The notes under the pieces are model-generated. The model saw only the letters and a program-made list of their open reading frames with translations, made no database searches and was not told the origin of the DNA. Made by a program: the position numbers and the translations under genes. This document shows positions 27,523 to 36,910 of a stretch of DNA of 64,000 nucleotides, in pieces; position 1 is the stretch's first letter; each line of letters begins with the position of its first letter. Source of the DNA: Myxococcota bacterium (lineage in GTDB: Bacteria; Myxococcota_A; UBA796; UBA2385); the NCBI GenBank assembly GCA_044344255.1, contig JBIJDH010000009.1, positions 96,001-160,000 on the forward strand, written 5' to 3'.

Positions 27523-30291
27523 ATGAACCTCGCCCATGTCCTCGACCAGTCGCTGCTCTCCCTCGTGGAGAAGCCGAGCCGCTACCTCGGCTCCGAGGTC
27601 AACGCGACCGGCCGCGCCCAGAAGCCGGCGGAGCAGGTGCGGGTGCGTGTCGCCTTCGCCTTCCCAGACCTCTACGACATCGGCCTCGGCAACCTCGGCC
27701 TGCACATCCTCTACGCCGTGGTCAACCAGCTCCCCTGGGCCTGGGCCGAGCGGGTCTATGCGCCGGGCCTCGACATGGAGGCCCTGCTCCGAGAGCGAGG
27801 GCTCCCCCTCTTCGCCCTCGAGAGCAAGGACAGCCTCGATCAGTTCGACGGCATCGGCTTCACGCTGCAGTCCGAGCTCACCTTCACGAACATCCTCAAC
27901 CTGATCGACCTCGCCGGCCTGCCGCTGCGCACGGTCAACCGCCGCGAGCAAGATCCGCTCACCTTCGCGGGTGGGCCGGCCGTCTTCAACCCCGAGCCCC
28001 TGGCCCCCTTCATCGACTTCTTCGTCTTTGGAGACGGCGAGGACATCATCCTCGAGATCTGCGAGATCTTTGACCGCGTGAAGGGCCGCGCCGCCCGCCT
28101 CGAGGCCCTCTCCCAGGTGGAGGGCATCTACGTCCCCGCGCTGTACCCGATGGAGACCCTGCCGGACGGCCGCGTCCTCCCCGTAGAGGGCGGCCCGATG
28201 GTGCGGAAGCGCACCGTGAAGAGCCTGAACGGGGCCACCTTCCCCGTGAACTACATCGTGCCCTTCACGCGGCAGGTGCATGACCGGATCTCGCTCGAGG
28301 TCCTTCGGGGCTGCACCCAGGGCTGCCGCTTCTGCCAGGCGGGAATGACGACCCGGCCCGTGCGGGAGCGCTCGATCGACAACATCTCCGATCTGCTCGA
28401 CCGCACCCTCGCCGCCACCGGCTACGAGGAGGTCTCGCTCGTGAGCCTGTCGACCTGCGACTACTCCCAGGTCAAGCAGATGGTGGACGCGGTGGCCCGA
28501 AAGGCCGCCCCCGAGCGGGTGAGCGTGTCGCTGCCCTCGCTCCGCCTGGACAGCTTCAGCGTCGAGCTGGCCGACATGGTCGCCGGTATCCGCCGCACCG
28601 GCCTCACCTTCGCCCCCGAGGCGGCGAGCCCGCGCCTGCGCGCCCTCATCAACAAGTGGATCCCCGACGAAGATCTGCTGACGATGGCCACCAAGGCCTA
28701 CTCCCTCGGCTGGGACCACGTGAAGCTCTACTTCATGATCGGGCTCCCCACCGAGCGCGATGACGACGTGGAGGCCATCGCTGATCTGGCGCACCGCACC
28801 GTCGCCGAGGGCAAGAAGCTCAACAAGAAGGCGAAGGTGCACACCGGCGTGAGCACCTTCGTGCCGAAGCCCTTCACCCCGTTCCAGTGGGCCGCGCAGA
28901 TCACCCCGGCTGAGACCGAGCGAAAGCAGGCCATCCTCGAGCAGCGCTTCGTCCGCGGGGGTCCGATCAAGTTTGGGCGCCACAAGCCCGACGAGACCTT
29001 CCTCGAGGGCCTCGTCTCCCGCGCCGATCGTCGCGGGGCCGACCTCATCGAGGCCGCCTGGCGCCTCGGCGCCCGCTTCGACGCCTGGGATGAGCACCGC
29101 AAGATGCACATCTGGCGGGAGGCGATCGCCGTCGCCGGCACCGACGTCGCCTTCGAGCTGCGCGAGCGCGACGTGCACGAGCGCCTGCCCTGGGACCACA
29201 TCGACATCCACATCCCCAAGAGCTGGTTCCAAGAGGACTGGCAGCGGGCGATCGAGCTCAAGCACGCCGAGGACTGCCGCCACAGCAAGTGCCACCGTTG
29301 TGGGGTCATCGACGTCGAGCGCGCGCTCTGCGCCCACATGCTGCGGAGCAACATCGAGGCCCGGAAGACGGAGGCCGCCTTCGAGCGGGCCCCCTTGCCG
29401 CCCGAGCTCGCCCTCCGCCCCGCGCTGCCCGGCCAACCGCCTCCGCGCCTCGCCGAGCCCCCCGCCGTCCAGCGGCTGATCTTCCGCATCGGCATCATCG
29501 GCGAGGCCCGCCACCTCGCCCACCTCGAGGCGATGAACGCCTGGATGCGCACGCTCCGCCGGGTGCGCACCCCGCTGTGCTACTCGGAGGGGTTCCACCC
29601 GCACCCGAAGCTCGCTTTCTCCGGCGCCCGGCCGGTCGCGGAGGAGACACTCGGGGACTACATGGACATCCTGCTGCACCAGCGGGTGGATCCGGGCGAG
29701 ATGTTGGCGCGGCTCCAAGCCACCGTGCCGACCGGCTTCCGCGTGTTCTCGGTGGCGGAGGTGCCCACCAACGCCCCCTCCTTGATGAGCACGGTCGCGG
29801 GGGCGGACTACCTCTTCCTGATTGACGCGCCCCCCGCCGACCTCGGCGAGCGGGTCGCCGCCCTCCTCGCCGCCGAGACCATCCCCGTCGAGCGCAGGGC
29901 GAAGCTGAAGAAGAAGATCGGCCGCCGCGCCGCCCTGCGCCCGAAGACCAAGATGGTCGACCTGAGGCCGAACCTCCGCTCGTTGGCCCTCCTCGACGGT
30001 GCAGATCCAATGGGCCTCATCACGCCCCTGCCCGGGCAGGTGGTGATGGAGGTGGGCCTGCTCACCGCCGGGGGCCGCGGCGCTCGCCCGAACGAGATCA
30101 TCCGCCTGCTCGACCTCGGCGCGGTGCGGGTCATCCGCCTCGACACCCGCTTCGGCGCCCCGGTCCGCGGCGGTGAGGACGGCGACGAGCTCGACGAGGA
30201 GGGTGACGAAGGCGGGGAAGGGGCCGGTGGAGGAGGCCCGGAGCTCGACCTCGCCGACGGAGGGCTCGTGGAGCCCGCCGACATCGGGTAG
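27523..30291 (+). CDS. B12-binding radical SAM protein fused to a radical-SAM-linked domain (TIGR03960/TIGR03936-like)
   Basis: VEKPSRYLGSE, FPDLYDIG, RGCTQGCRFCQAG, FVPKPFTPFQW, LPWDHI, CxxC, then HLE...YSEGFHPHPK. Confidence 0.92.
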   Translation: MNLAHVLDQSLLSLVEKPSRYLGSEVNATGRAQKPAEQVRVRVAFAFPDLYDIGLGNLGLHILYAVVNQLPWAWAERVYAPGLDMEALLRERGLPLFALESKDSLDQFDGIGFTLQSELTFTNILNLIDLAGLPLRTVNRREQDPLTFAGGPAVFNPEPLAPFIDFFVFGDGEDIILEICEIFDRVKGRAARLEALSQVEGIYVPALYPMETLPDGRVLPVEGGPMVRKRTVKSLNGATFPVNYIVPFTRQVHDRISLEVLRGCTQGCRFCQAGMTTRPVRERSIDNISDLLDRTLAATGYEEVSLVSLSTCDYSQVKQMVDAVARKAAPERVSVSLPSLRLDSFSVELADMVAGIRRTGLTFAPEAASPRLRALINKWIPDEDLLTMATKAYSLGWDHVKLYFMIGLPTERDDDVEAIADLAHRTVAEGKKLNKKAKVHTGVSTFVPKPFTPFQWAAQITPAETERKQAILEQRFVRGGPIKFGRHKPDETFLEGLVSRADRRGADLIEAAWRLGARFDAWDEHRKMHIWREAIAVAGTDVAFELRERDVHERLPWDHIDIHIPKSWFQEDWQRAIELKHAEDCRHSKCHRCGVIDVERALCAHMLRSNIEARKTEAAFERAPLPPELALRPALPGQPPPRLAEPPAVQRLIFRIGIIGEARHLAHLEAMNAWMRTLRRVRTPLCYSEGFHPHPKLAFSGARPVAEETLGDYMDILLHQRVDPGEMLARLQATVPTGFRVFSVAEVPTNAPSLMSTVAGADYLFLIDAPPADLGERVAALLAAETIPVERRAKLKKKIGRRAALRPKTKMVDLRPNLRSLALLDGADPMGLITPLPGQVVMEVGLLTAGGRGARPNEIIRLLDLGAVRVIRLDTRFGAPVRGGEDGDELDEEGDEGGEGAGGGGPELDLADGGLVEPADIG

Positions 30292-30300
30292 CCTCCGAGC

Positions 30301-32088
30301 GTGCCACCCCGCCTCTCTCCGCCACACCATCGGTCTCCGCCACCCCGTAGGCCTCCGCCGCGCCGCGCTGCCCGCTCGGGTGCCCTGATCCTCGGGCTGG
30401 CGCTCCCGCTCGGCGGCTGCAGGGTCCTCGTCGAAGGGGGAGGGGGGCCGCTGCCCACTCAGCCCTCGATTCGAGGCTTCCTGGTCGTGCACGTCGATCC
30501 GCTGCCGCTGCGGGCGGCCGGGCGCTGCGTCGACGAGGCGATGTCGGACTGCGGCGGGCCCGCGGGCAGCTCGTACCAGCAGCGCAGCGAGGACCTCGTC
30601 TGGTTGAGCGACACCTGGGTCGCCGCAGGCCGCACCGCTGACCTCGAGCTCGGCCCCGAGCTGTCGCTGGCCTGGGCCGACGATCCCGACGCCACCGCCG
30701 CGATCGCCGCCGACCTCGAGGAGAAGGGCGGCGTCCACGGCCCGGTGACGGACGGCGCCGCCCTCGTCGCCGAGACAAACGCGGCCCTCCGCGACGGCCT
30801 CGGCCGGATGTTGGCCGCGGGCGCCGCGAGCATCGGGGCGCACACCCACGGGCAGCTCCCCGACGGGCCGGGCCGCTGGGGGCAAGCGCGCAAGGTGAAG
30901 CTCGACGGCGAGCCGGAGGCCTGCGCCGCCTGGGAGGGAGATCCGCTGATCGACCCCACCCCCGCCATGACCGAGGCCGTCGTGGCCTACGCCGCCACCT
31001 CCGCCGCCCTGCTCGCGGGCGCGCTCGACGCCCCGCTCCTCTCGTACACCGGCCACTTTCCGCGCACGATGACCGGAAAGATCGACGTCGTGGAGGCCCC
31101 GGACCGCCTCGATCCCGACGGCGTCACCGCCTTCCCCGACGCCTTTCAGCCCCTCGGGCTCGGGTCCGCCTACTCCGAGTGTATGCACCCGGTCAGCGAC
31201 ACCCCGCCCTTTGAGCTCTGGCCAGCCGACGCCGACCGCGCCCTCGGGGCCGGCGTGGGGCCCCTCGTCACCCCCGGTGAGCGGGTGGTCGGGCTCATGG
31301 ACGAGCACCTCGACGTCTACGCCGACACCGCCGCCCCCGCGGCCCAGCGCCGGGCGATCGAGCTCTTCGTGAACTGGCGCTACGCTGCGCTGCAGGGCGA
31401 CGCGGATCGAGCGTGGGCTTGGACCTACCACATCCACGACTACCAGCTCCGCCCCGGAGAGCCCGACGCCCGGGCCGAGGCGGCGCGCCAGTCGAGCCCC
31501 ACCGGGGGTTCGGCCTTCCGGGGGGACGTGGAGGCCGTGGCAGAGCTCTTCGACGAATTCGCCGCCCGGTCGAGCTGGCAAGGTGCGAGTGCGACCGAGG
31601 GCGGCGTCTTCCGGTGGGCCCTCCCCGAGGATGTGGCCGAGCTCGGCGGGGGCGTCGAGTCCAGCTTCGACTTCCGAAGGGAGGGCGAGGCACCCGACGT
31701 TGCCTTGCCCACCCCTGCCTGGCCGTACCTCGACCTCCTCGCCCGCAGCCTCGTCGACAGCCACCTCGCCTGCCGGGGGCAGATCATCGGCGGCGCCGAG
31801 GTCTTCGGCTTCGACCGCTGTCTCGCGGGTTGGCGGTGGGGCGGTGAGAAGAGCGGCTACCACTGCGCCGAAGGTCAGTCGCCGAGCCGAATCTACCTCG
31901 TCGTGCCCGACGGGGACGCCGACTGCCTCTACTTGCCCTACGACGCCGCCTTGCAGACCGCCCCGGTCGACGGAGAGGCGCTCGGCACCCCGGAGCGGTG
32001 CGGGGGCGGGGTCGCCGTCCCCGAGCAGGGCTTGCTCGCCGCCGCCTCCGACCCGACCTGGGCGCTGCTCTGCCCGAGCCTCGAGTGA
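30301..32088 (+). CDS. hypothetical lipoprotein with His-rich motifs
   Basis: Long GC3-biased ORF; LPLGGC lipobox-like site; HVD, GAHTH, YHIHD motifs; start uncertain. Confidence 0.65.
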   Translation: MPPRLSPPHHRSPPPRRPPPRRAARSGALILGLALPLGGCRVLVEGGGGPLPTQPSIRGFLVVHVDPLPLRAAGRCVDEAMSDCGGPAGSSYQQRSEDLVWLSDTWVAAGRTADLELGPELSLAWADDPDATAAIAADLEEKGGVHGPVTDGAALVAETNAALRDGLGRMLAAGAASIGAHTHGQLPDGPGRWGQARKVKLDGEPEACAAWEGDPLIDPTPAMTEAVVAYAATSAALLAGALDAPLLSYTGHFPRTMTGKIDVVEAPDRLDPDGVTAFPDAFQPLGLGSAYSECMHPVSDTPPFELWPADADRALGAGVGPLVTPGERVVGLMDEHLDVYADTAAPAAQRRAIELFVNWRYAALQGDADRAWAWTYHIHDYQLRPGEPDARAEAARQSSPTGGSAFRGDVEAVAELFDEFAARSSWQGASATEGGVFRWALPEDVAELGGGVESSFDFRREGEAPDVALPTPAWPYLDLLARSLVDSHLACRGQIIGGAEVFGFDRCLAGWRWGGEKSGYHCAEGQSPSRIYLVVPDGDADCLYLPYDAALQTAPVDGEALGTPERCGGGVAVPEQGLLAAASDPTWALLCPSLE

Positions 32089-32179
32089 GCGCAGGCCGAC
32101 GCGCCTCCGACCGCGCCGACCGCGGGGCTCGCGCTGGGGGTCCCGACGGAGTTAAGCAGGGCGCCTGCGCGGAGGCGAC

Positions 32180-33328
32180 GTGTTCGAGCCCTCGGAAGAC
32201 CTGACGACCCTGAAAGAAGCAGCCGCCGAGGCTGCGCGTGGCGTGCTCGGGGGCACCCTCAAGGAGGACGACGAGGCCGAGCGCTTCCGCAAGGAGCACT
32301 TCCAGGCCCTCGGCGAGGCCGGCCTGTGCGGGGTCCAGACCGCGGAGGAGTGGGGTGGGCTCGGGCTCGGCTACTTCGAGTACGCGCATGTGCTCGAAGA
32401 GATCAGCAAGGTCTCGGCCAGCTACGGCGTGAGCGTCGCGGTCTCCGGCTTGCCGCAGATCATCCTGACGCGCTTTGGCAACGACGAGCAGCGGGCCGCC
32501 TGGCTGCCTGGGCTCTCCGCCGGCCGCCTCCTCGGCGCCTTCGCCCTCTCCGAGCCCGGCTCCGGGAGCGACGCCGCGTCGCTCACCAGCACGGCCCGCC
32601 GCGACGGCGACACCTACGTCCTCCGCGGCACCAAGTTCTGGATCACCCACGGGGGTTACGCGGACGTCTACGTGGTCATGGCCCGCACGGGCGGCCCCGG
32701 CCCGCGGGGAGTGAGCGCCTTCCTCCTCCCGGGCGACGCCCCGGGCCTTCGCTTCGGGAAGAAGGAAGAGAAGATGGGCCTCCGGGCCTCGCCCACCGTT
32801 GAGCTCATCCTCGACGACGTGGTCGTGCCCGCGTCGAGCCGCCTCGGCGCCGAGGGGGACGGCTTCACGGTGGCGATGAGCGCCCTCGACTCCGGTCGCA
32901 TCACCATCGCCGCGATCTCGGTGGGGCTCGCGCAGGCCGCGCTCGACGTGGCCGCCGACTACGCCACGCAGCGACAGCAGTTCGGCCAGCCCATCATTGA
33001 ATTCCAAGGGGTGGGCTTCTTGCTCGCCGACATGGCCTGCCGCATCGAGGGCGCCCGCCTGCTCGTCCACAAGGCGGCGTGGCTGCGCGATCACCAGCGC
33101 CCCTACTCCCACATCGCCGCGATGGCCAAGTGTGTGGCCACCGACGCCGCGATGGCGGTCACCACCGACGCCGTACAGGTGCTCGGGGGCTACGGCTACA
33201 CCCGGGAGTACCCGGTCGAACGATACATGCGGGACGCCAAGGTCATGCAGATCGTCGAAGGTACAAACCAGGTGCAGCGCCTCGTCATCTCGCGCCATCT
33301 TCGCCGACAATATGGAGGGGGCGCTTGA
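32180..33328 (+). CDS. acyl-CoA dehydrogenase
   Basis: FALSEPGSGSD, GTKFWIT, KMGLRAS, RQQFG, QVLGGYGY, IVEGTNQ; GGAGG RBS. Confidence 0.95.
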   Translation: MFEPSEDLTTLKEAAAEAARGVLGGTLKEDDEAERFRKEHFQALGEAGLCGVQTAEEWGGLGLGYFEYAHVLEEISKVSASYGVSVAVSGLPQIILTRFGNDEQRAAWLPGLSAGRLLGAFALSEPGSGSDAASLTSTARRDGDTYVLRGTKFWITHGGYADVYVVMARTGGPGPRGVSAFLLPGDAPGLRFGKKEEKMGLRASPTVELILDDVVVPASSRLGAEGDGFTVAMSALDSGRITIAAISVGLAQAALDVAADYATQRQQFGQPIIEFQGVGFLLADMACRIEGARLLVHKAAWLRDHQRPYSHIAAMAKCVATDAAMAVTTDAVQVLGGYGYTREYPVERYMRDAKVMQIVEGTNQVQRLVISRHLRRQYGGGA

Positions 33329-33407
33329 CTCGTCGCCCCGCATCGACGAGGCTCCCCATGCAGCCCGAGACAACCAGCTATACTCCGCGGCGGAAGGTGA
33401 GCCTCCG

Positions 33408-34859
33408 ATGAACGTCTGTCCGCACTGTGGCTTGACTTACTCGGCCCGCGTTGATTTTTGTTTCAGCGACGGCACTCCGCTCCATCGGCCGGAGGAGGCC
33501 CAGGGCGCCGCGGTCCTCGGAGACGCCACCGACCTCCCCGCCGAGGGCCACCTCGGTCGGTCCGCAGGGCCCGTCTTCACGAATGAAGGCGCGGAGCTAA
33601 CTCGCCCTCGCCCCCCGGCCCCGCCGCCGCGCCCCCGCCCGGACGACGTCACCGGCCCGCAGCCCGGTGGGCCCGCCGACGAAGACCTCGAGCCACCGGT
33701 GCCCCTCGGCGGAGATGTGGAGCCTCCGGTCCGCCCGCCCTCCCGTCCAGTCACCGCCTTCAAGGTGCCAGAGCCCCTCCCGGGCACCGTCCCGCCCCCC
33801 GAGGCCGCTGAGCCTGCTGAACACCCGGCCGCGACGCCTCGCCGCGCGCCCAGCCGGGACGTCGAGGAGGACGCCTCCAGCAAGGGGGGCCTGCTCGTCG
33901 CCATCGGGGTCGGGGCCGCGCTGCTGGCGGCGGTGGTCGTCGGCGCGCAGCTCCTGCTCAACTCGGCCCGTGAGCCTGTCGAGGTGGGACAGGTGGCCGA
34001 AGGGGCAGGCGCCGCCGAGGGCGCCACCCCGACCGGAGCGTCGACGGAGGCCGCGGTCGAGGCGTCGGCGGAGCCCGTGGGCGAGCCATCCCTCGACGCC
34101 GTGGCCCCGGAGGCGGGCAGCGCGGAGCCAACGCCCAATGCCGGCGCGACCACCGGCGCCGAGGTGTCGGCCACGCCCACTGCGGCCACCCCCACTGCGG
34201 CCACGCCGGGGTCAGCCCCCCTGTCGGGCGCTGCGCCCCTGAGCGCGGCGAACAGCGCGACCGCCCCGATCGCGGCGAAGACGACGGCCGCCCCGACCAC
34301 CCCTCCCGCGACGACCGGCACGAGCGCCTCAACGACCGCGGCGGCCGCGGCTGACCCCTCCGTCGCCGCCAAGGCCGCGACCACAAGCACCACCACCGCC
34401 GCCGCCGGTCAACCCTGGGGCGCCGCGTCCGCGACCGCCGAGTCCACCTCCTCGGTGTCGATTGAGTCGAAGCCCGAGCGCGCGCGCGTCGTGATCGACA
34501 ACGAGCCGATCGGCACCACCCCGATGATGGCGCAGATCCCCTACGGGGCCCACATCATCCGGGTCACCTTGGACGGCTACCGTGAAGAGGCCCGCGCCAT
34601 CGACGTCAGCGTACCCTCCATGCGCGTCTACTTCGATTTGAAGGCGAAGGACGTCCAGGGCAAGGTCACCGTGCTCGGGCCGCCGGGCGCGGAGATCTAT
34701 GTAGACGGGAAGCCCGCTCCCACCGCAGCTCCCGTGCAGATGTTGTTGAGCGCCGGCGTCCACACCTTCGTCCTCCAGCTCTCCGACGGCACCCGGCAGA
34801 CCAAGACCGTAGACGTCGCCTTCGATCCCGCGGCGCCGGCCTTCACTGTCAGCTTCTGA
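33408..34859 (+). CDS. zinc-ribbon / Pro-rich / TM / PEGA-domain protein
   Basis: CPHC...FCFSDG N-terminus, single TM, Ala/Thr linker, PEGA pattern SIESKPERARVVID---G-TP. Confidence 0.8.
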   Translation: MNVCPHCGLTYSARVDFCFSDGTPLHRPEEAQGAAVLGDATDLPAEGHLGRSAGPVFTNEGAELTRPRPPAPPPRPRPDDVTGPQPGGPADEDLEPPVPLGGDVEPPVRPPSRPVTAFKVPEPLPGTVPPPEAAEPAEHPAATPRRAPSRDVEEDASSKGGLLVAIGVGAALLAAVVVGAQLLLNSAREPVEVGQVAEGAGAAEGATPTGASTEAAVEASAEPVGEPSLDAVAPEAGSAEPTPNAGATTGAEVSATPTAATPTAATPGSAPLSGAAPLSAANSATAPIAAKTTAAPTTPPATTGTSASTTAAAAADPSVAAKAATTSTTTAAAGQPWGAASATAESTSSVSIESKPERARVVIDNEPIGTTPMMAQIPYGAHIIRVTLDGYREEARAIDVSVPSMRVYFDLKAKDVQGKVTVLGPPGAEIYVDGKPAPTAAPVQMLLSAGVHTFVLQLSDGTRQTKTVDVAFDPAAPAFTVSF

Positions 34860-34875
34860 GGCCGGGGAGGTCACG

Positions 34876-36093
34876 CTGTCCGCTTCGAGAATCGAGATTG
34901 ACCGCAGCGCGCTGTTCACCGAGGTGGTCGGCCCGCGACTGGGGCTCCGACGTCGCCGGCTCACCGAGCTGAGCGCGCGCCTCGCTGGCGTGCAGGAGGA
35001 GCTCGAGGACGCCCACCGAGCGGGCCTCGTTCCCCACACTCTCCAAGCGCGAGACCGCGGGGCCGCAGCCGCCGCCCGGGCCGTGGCGGCCCGATGGCCC
35101 GATGGGCTCTTGGTGATCGGCGAGCCCGGCGCCATCGCCGCCGCTCGCCTGCTGGCAGAGGGGACCCCCGCCGAGGCCTCGGGGCGCCGCGTCTGGTTCG
35201 CCGATGGGCCCGACGCCCCCACGCTCAGCGCCCTGGCCGACCGCCGGCCCCACCTCGTCCTCCTGGACGGCCCCGATTGGGTCCGGCAGCTCGGCGTCAG
35301 CCTCCATGCCGTCACGTCGGGCGCCACCGTGTTCTCCGGCGACGGCACCGAACGCGACGGCTGGACCCTCCCTGCGGCGCCCCGTATCGACGGCATCGGA
35401 GCCTCAGACGCCCGCTTCGGCGTGCTTGGGGCAGCGTCCTTGGCCCTCACCGCCGCGGTGGGCGGAGACGTCGACGCCGTCATGGAGGCCGCCGAACGGA
35501 TGGCCGATCGGTGCGCCGCCGCCGCCCTCTTCGACAACCCGGCCCTCAACCTCGCCGCCGTGAGCTGGGCCCTGGCGCTGGATCACCGCCTGTTCGAGCC
35601 GGTGTTCTCGGTCGACGGCCCGCGGCTCGAGGCCTGGGCGGCGGTCGTCGCCCGCGCCTGGGGGGCCATCACCTCCGGCACGCCGGGATCCGCCGCCAAC
35701 GGAGACCTTCGGCGCGCCGGCGGCTTCTTCCCCCGGGTGACCCGAGCCGGCGACGAGGCGCAGATGGCGCGGCTGCTCGACGGCCCCTCCGACGCTTGGG
35801 TCATCTCCGTCACAGCCGAGCCCCCTCCCACCGCAGAGCCCACCCCGGGCGCCGAGCTGCGAGCGCGGCTCGACCAGGCCCAACACCGGCTGCTCATCCA
35901 GGGCGGCGTACCCGCCCTCCGTCTCCGGCTGGGCCGCGACGACGCGCCCACGCTGGCGGGGGCCACCCTGCTCTTTTTGCATGCCGCCACCGCGCTCGCG
36001 GTGCTCCGGGACGTCGATCCGCTCGCCATCCCCGCCGCCGACCGGCTGAGAGAGCTGCAGGATCCGAGTTTTGGGGATAACGGGGCGCGTTGA
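34876..36093 (+). CDS. glucose-6-phosphate isomerase-like protein, catalytic motifs degenerate
   Basis: Ordered PGI-like blocks (LLVIG, ARFGVL, DNPAL, LDGP-D, V-PL--P); GGGGAGG 5 nt upstream of an in-frame CTG at 34876 (alternative GTG 34924). Confidence 0.65.
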   Translation: MSASRIEIDRSALFTEVVGPRLGLRRRRLTELSARLAGVQEELEDAHRAGLVPHTLQARDRGAAAAARAVAARWPDGLLVIGEPGAIAAARLLAEGTPAEASGRRVWFADGPDAPTLSALADRRPHLVLLDGPDWVRQLGVSLHAVTSGATVFSGDGTERDGWTLPAAPRIDGIGASDARFGVLGAASLALTAAVGGDVDAVMEAAERMADRCAAAALFDNPALNLAAVSWALALDHRLFEPVFSVDGPRLEAWAAVVARAWGAITSGTPGSAANGDLRRAGGFFPRVTRAGDEAQMARLLDGPSDAWVISVTAEPPPTAEPTPGAELRARLDQAQHRLLIQGGVPALRLRLGRDDAPTLAGATLLFLHAATALAVLRDVDPLAIPAADRLRELQDPSFGDNGAR

Positions 36094-36139
36094 GGGGTCC
36101 CTTGGGGCTCCGCTTGTGGATCGTGGAAGGGAGCGCTCC

Positions 36140-36910
36140 GTGGCTGACCAAGACAAAGAGAAGACCCCCGCTGGCGCCCTCGCCCTCTCCGGGGCGGCGC
36201 CCAAAGAGCTGGGTGACGATGTCGAAGAGGACGCCCTCTTCAAGCTCCAGATGGCCCTCGCCAACTTCGCGCTCGGCTCCTGGAAGATCTTCGCCGGCAT
36301 CCTGGGCGCGGTCCTCGTGGGCTCCCTCCTCTACGGCTTGTGGAAGGGCCACGTGGACGAGCAGCAGGCCAACTGGCAAGACGCCATCGCCGCCGCCGAG
36401 CGGAAGCTCCCCGAGGCCGACCCCATCCAGAAGATGCTCGGCACCGCGCCGAGCGACCCCGCGGAGCTGGAGAAGATCACCGCCGTCGCCACCACCCTCG
36501 AGGGAGTGGCGAAGGAGGCCAGCGGTCCGGCGAAGTCTTACGCCTGGCTCCGCGCGGCGCAGGTCTGGCAGACCGCCGGCAAGTCCGAAGAGGCGAACAA
36601 GGCCTGGACCGAGGGCGCCGCGACGGGCGCGGAGGGGGTGCTCGGCTGGTCGCTCACCGTCGGCGCCGCCACGGCCCGCTTGAGCGCCGGTGACACCGAC
36701 GGCGCCATCGCTCTGTACCGCGGCGTGGTCGACAAGCAGGAGGGCAGCCTCTCCGAGCAGGCCCTCTACATCATCGGCACGACCTACGCCGAGGCCGGCC
36801 GCTTCGACGACGCCGCCAAGGCCTTCAGCGAATTCGAGACGAAGTTCCCCGAGTCTGCGCTGAAGCCCTCCGTCGAGGCTGCGAAGGCCGCCGCCGCGAA
36901 GTCCGGATGA
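36140..36910 (+). CDS. membrane-anchored TPR protein (YfgM-like)
   Basis: Single N-terminal TM, TPR pattern (ALY-IG--Y---G----A---F-----FPES); lies directly upstream of a PQQ-propeller gene. Confidence 0.75.
   Translation: MADQDKEKTPAGALALSGAAPKELGDDVEEDALFKLQMALANFALGSWKIFAGILGAVLVGSLLYGLWKGHVDEQQANWQDAIAAAERKLPEADPIQKMLGTAPSDPAELEKITAVATTLEGVAKEASGPAKSYAWLRAAQVWQTAGKSEEANKAWTEGAATGAEGVLGWSLTVGAATARLSAGDTDGAIALYRGVVDKQEGSLSEQALYIIGTTYAEAGRFDDAAKAFSEFETKFPESALKPSVEAAKAAAAKSG

Noticed and set aside
27523..30291. Radical SAM two-domain fusion as a novelty
   Set aside because: This fusion is commonly seen in deltaproteobacterial genomes.
27493..31863. 1456-aa minus-strand ORF and many other long antisense or alternate-frame ORFs
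   Set aside because: Shadow ORFs of GC3-biased genes; no motifs, and they overlap well-supported genes.
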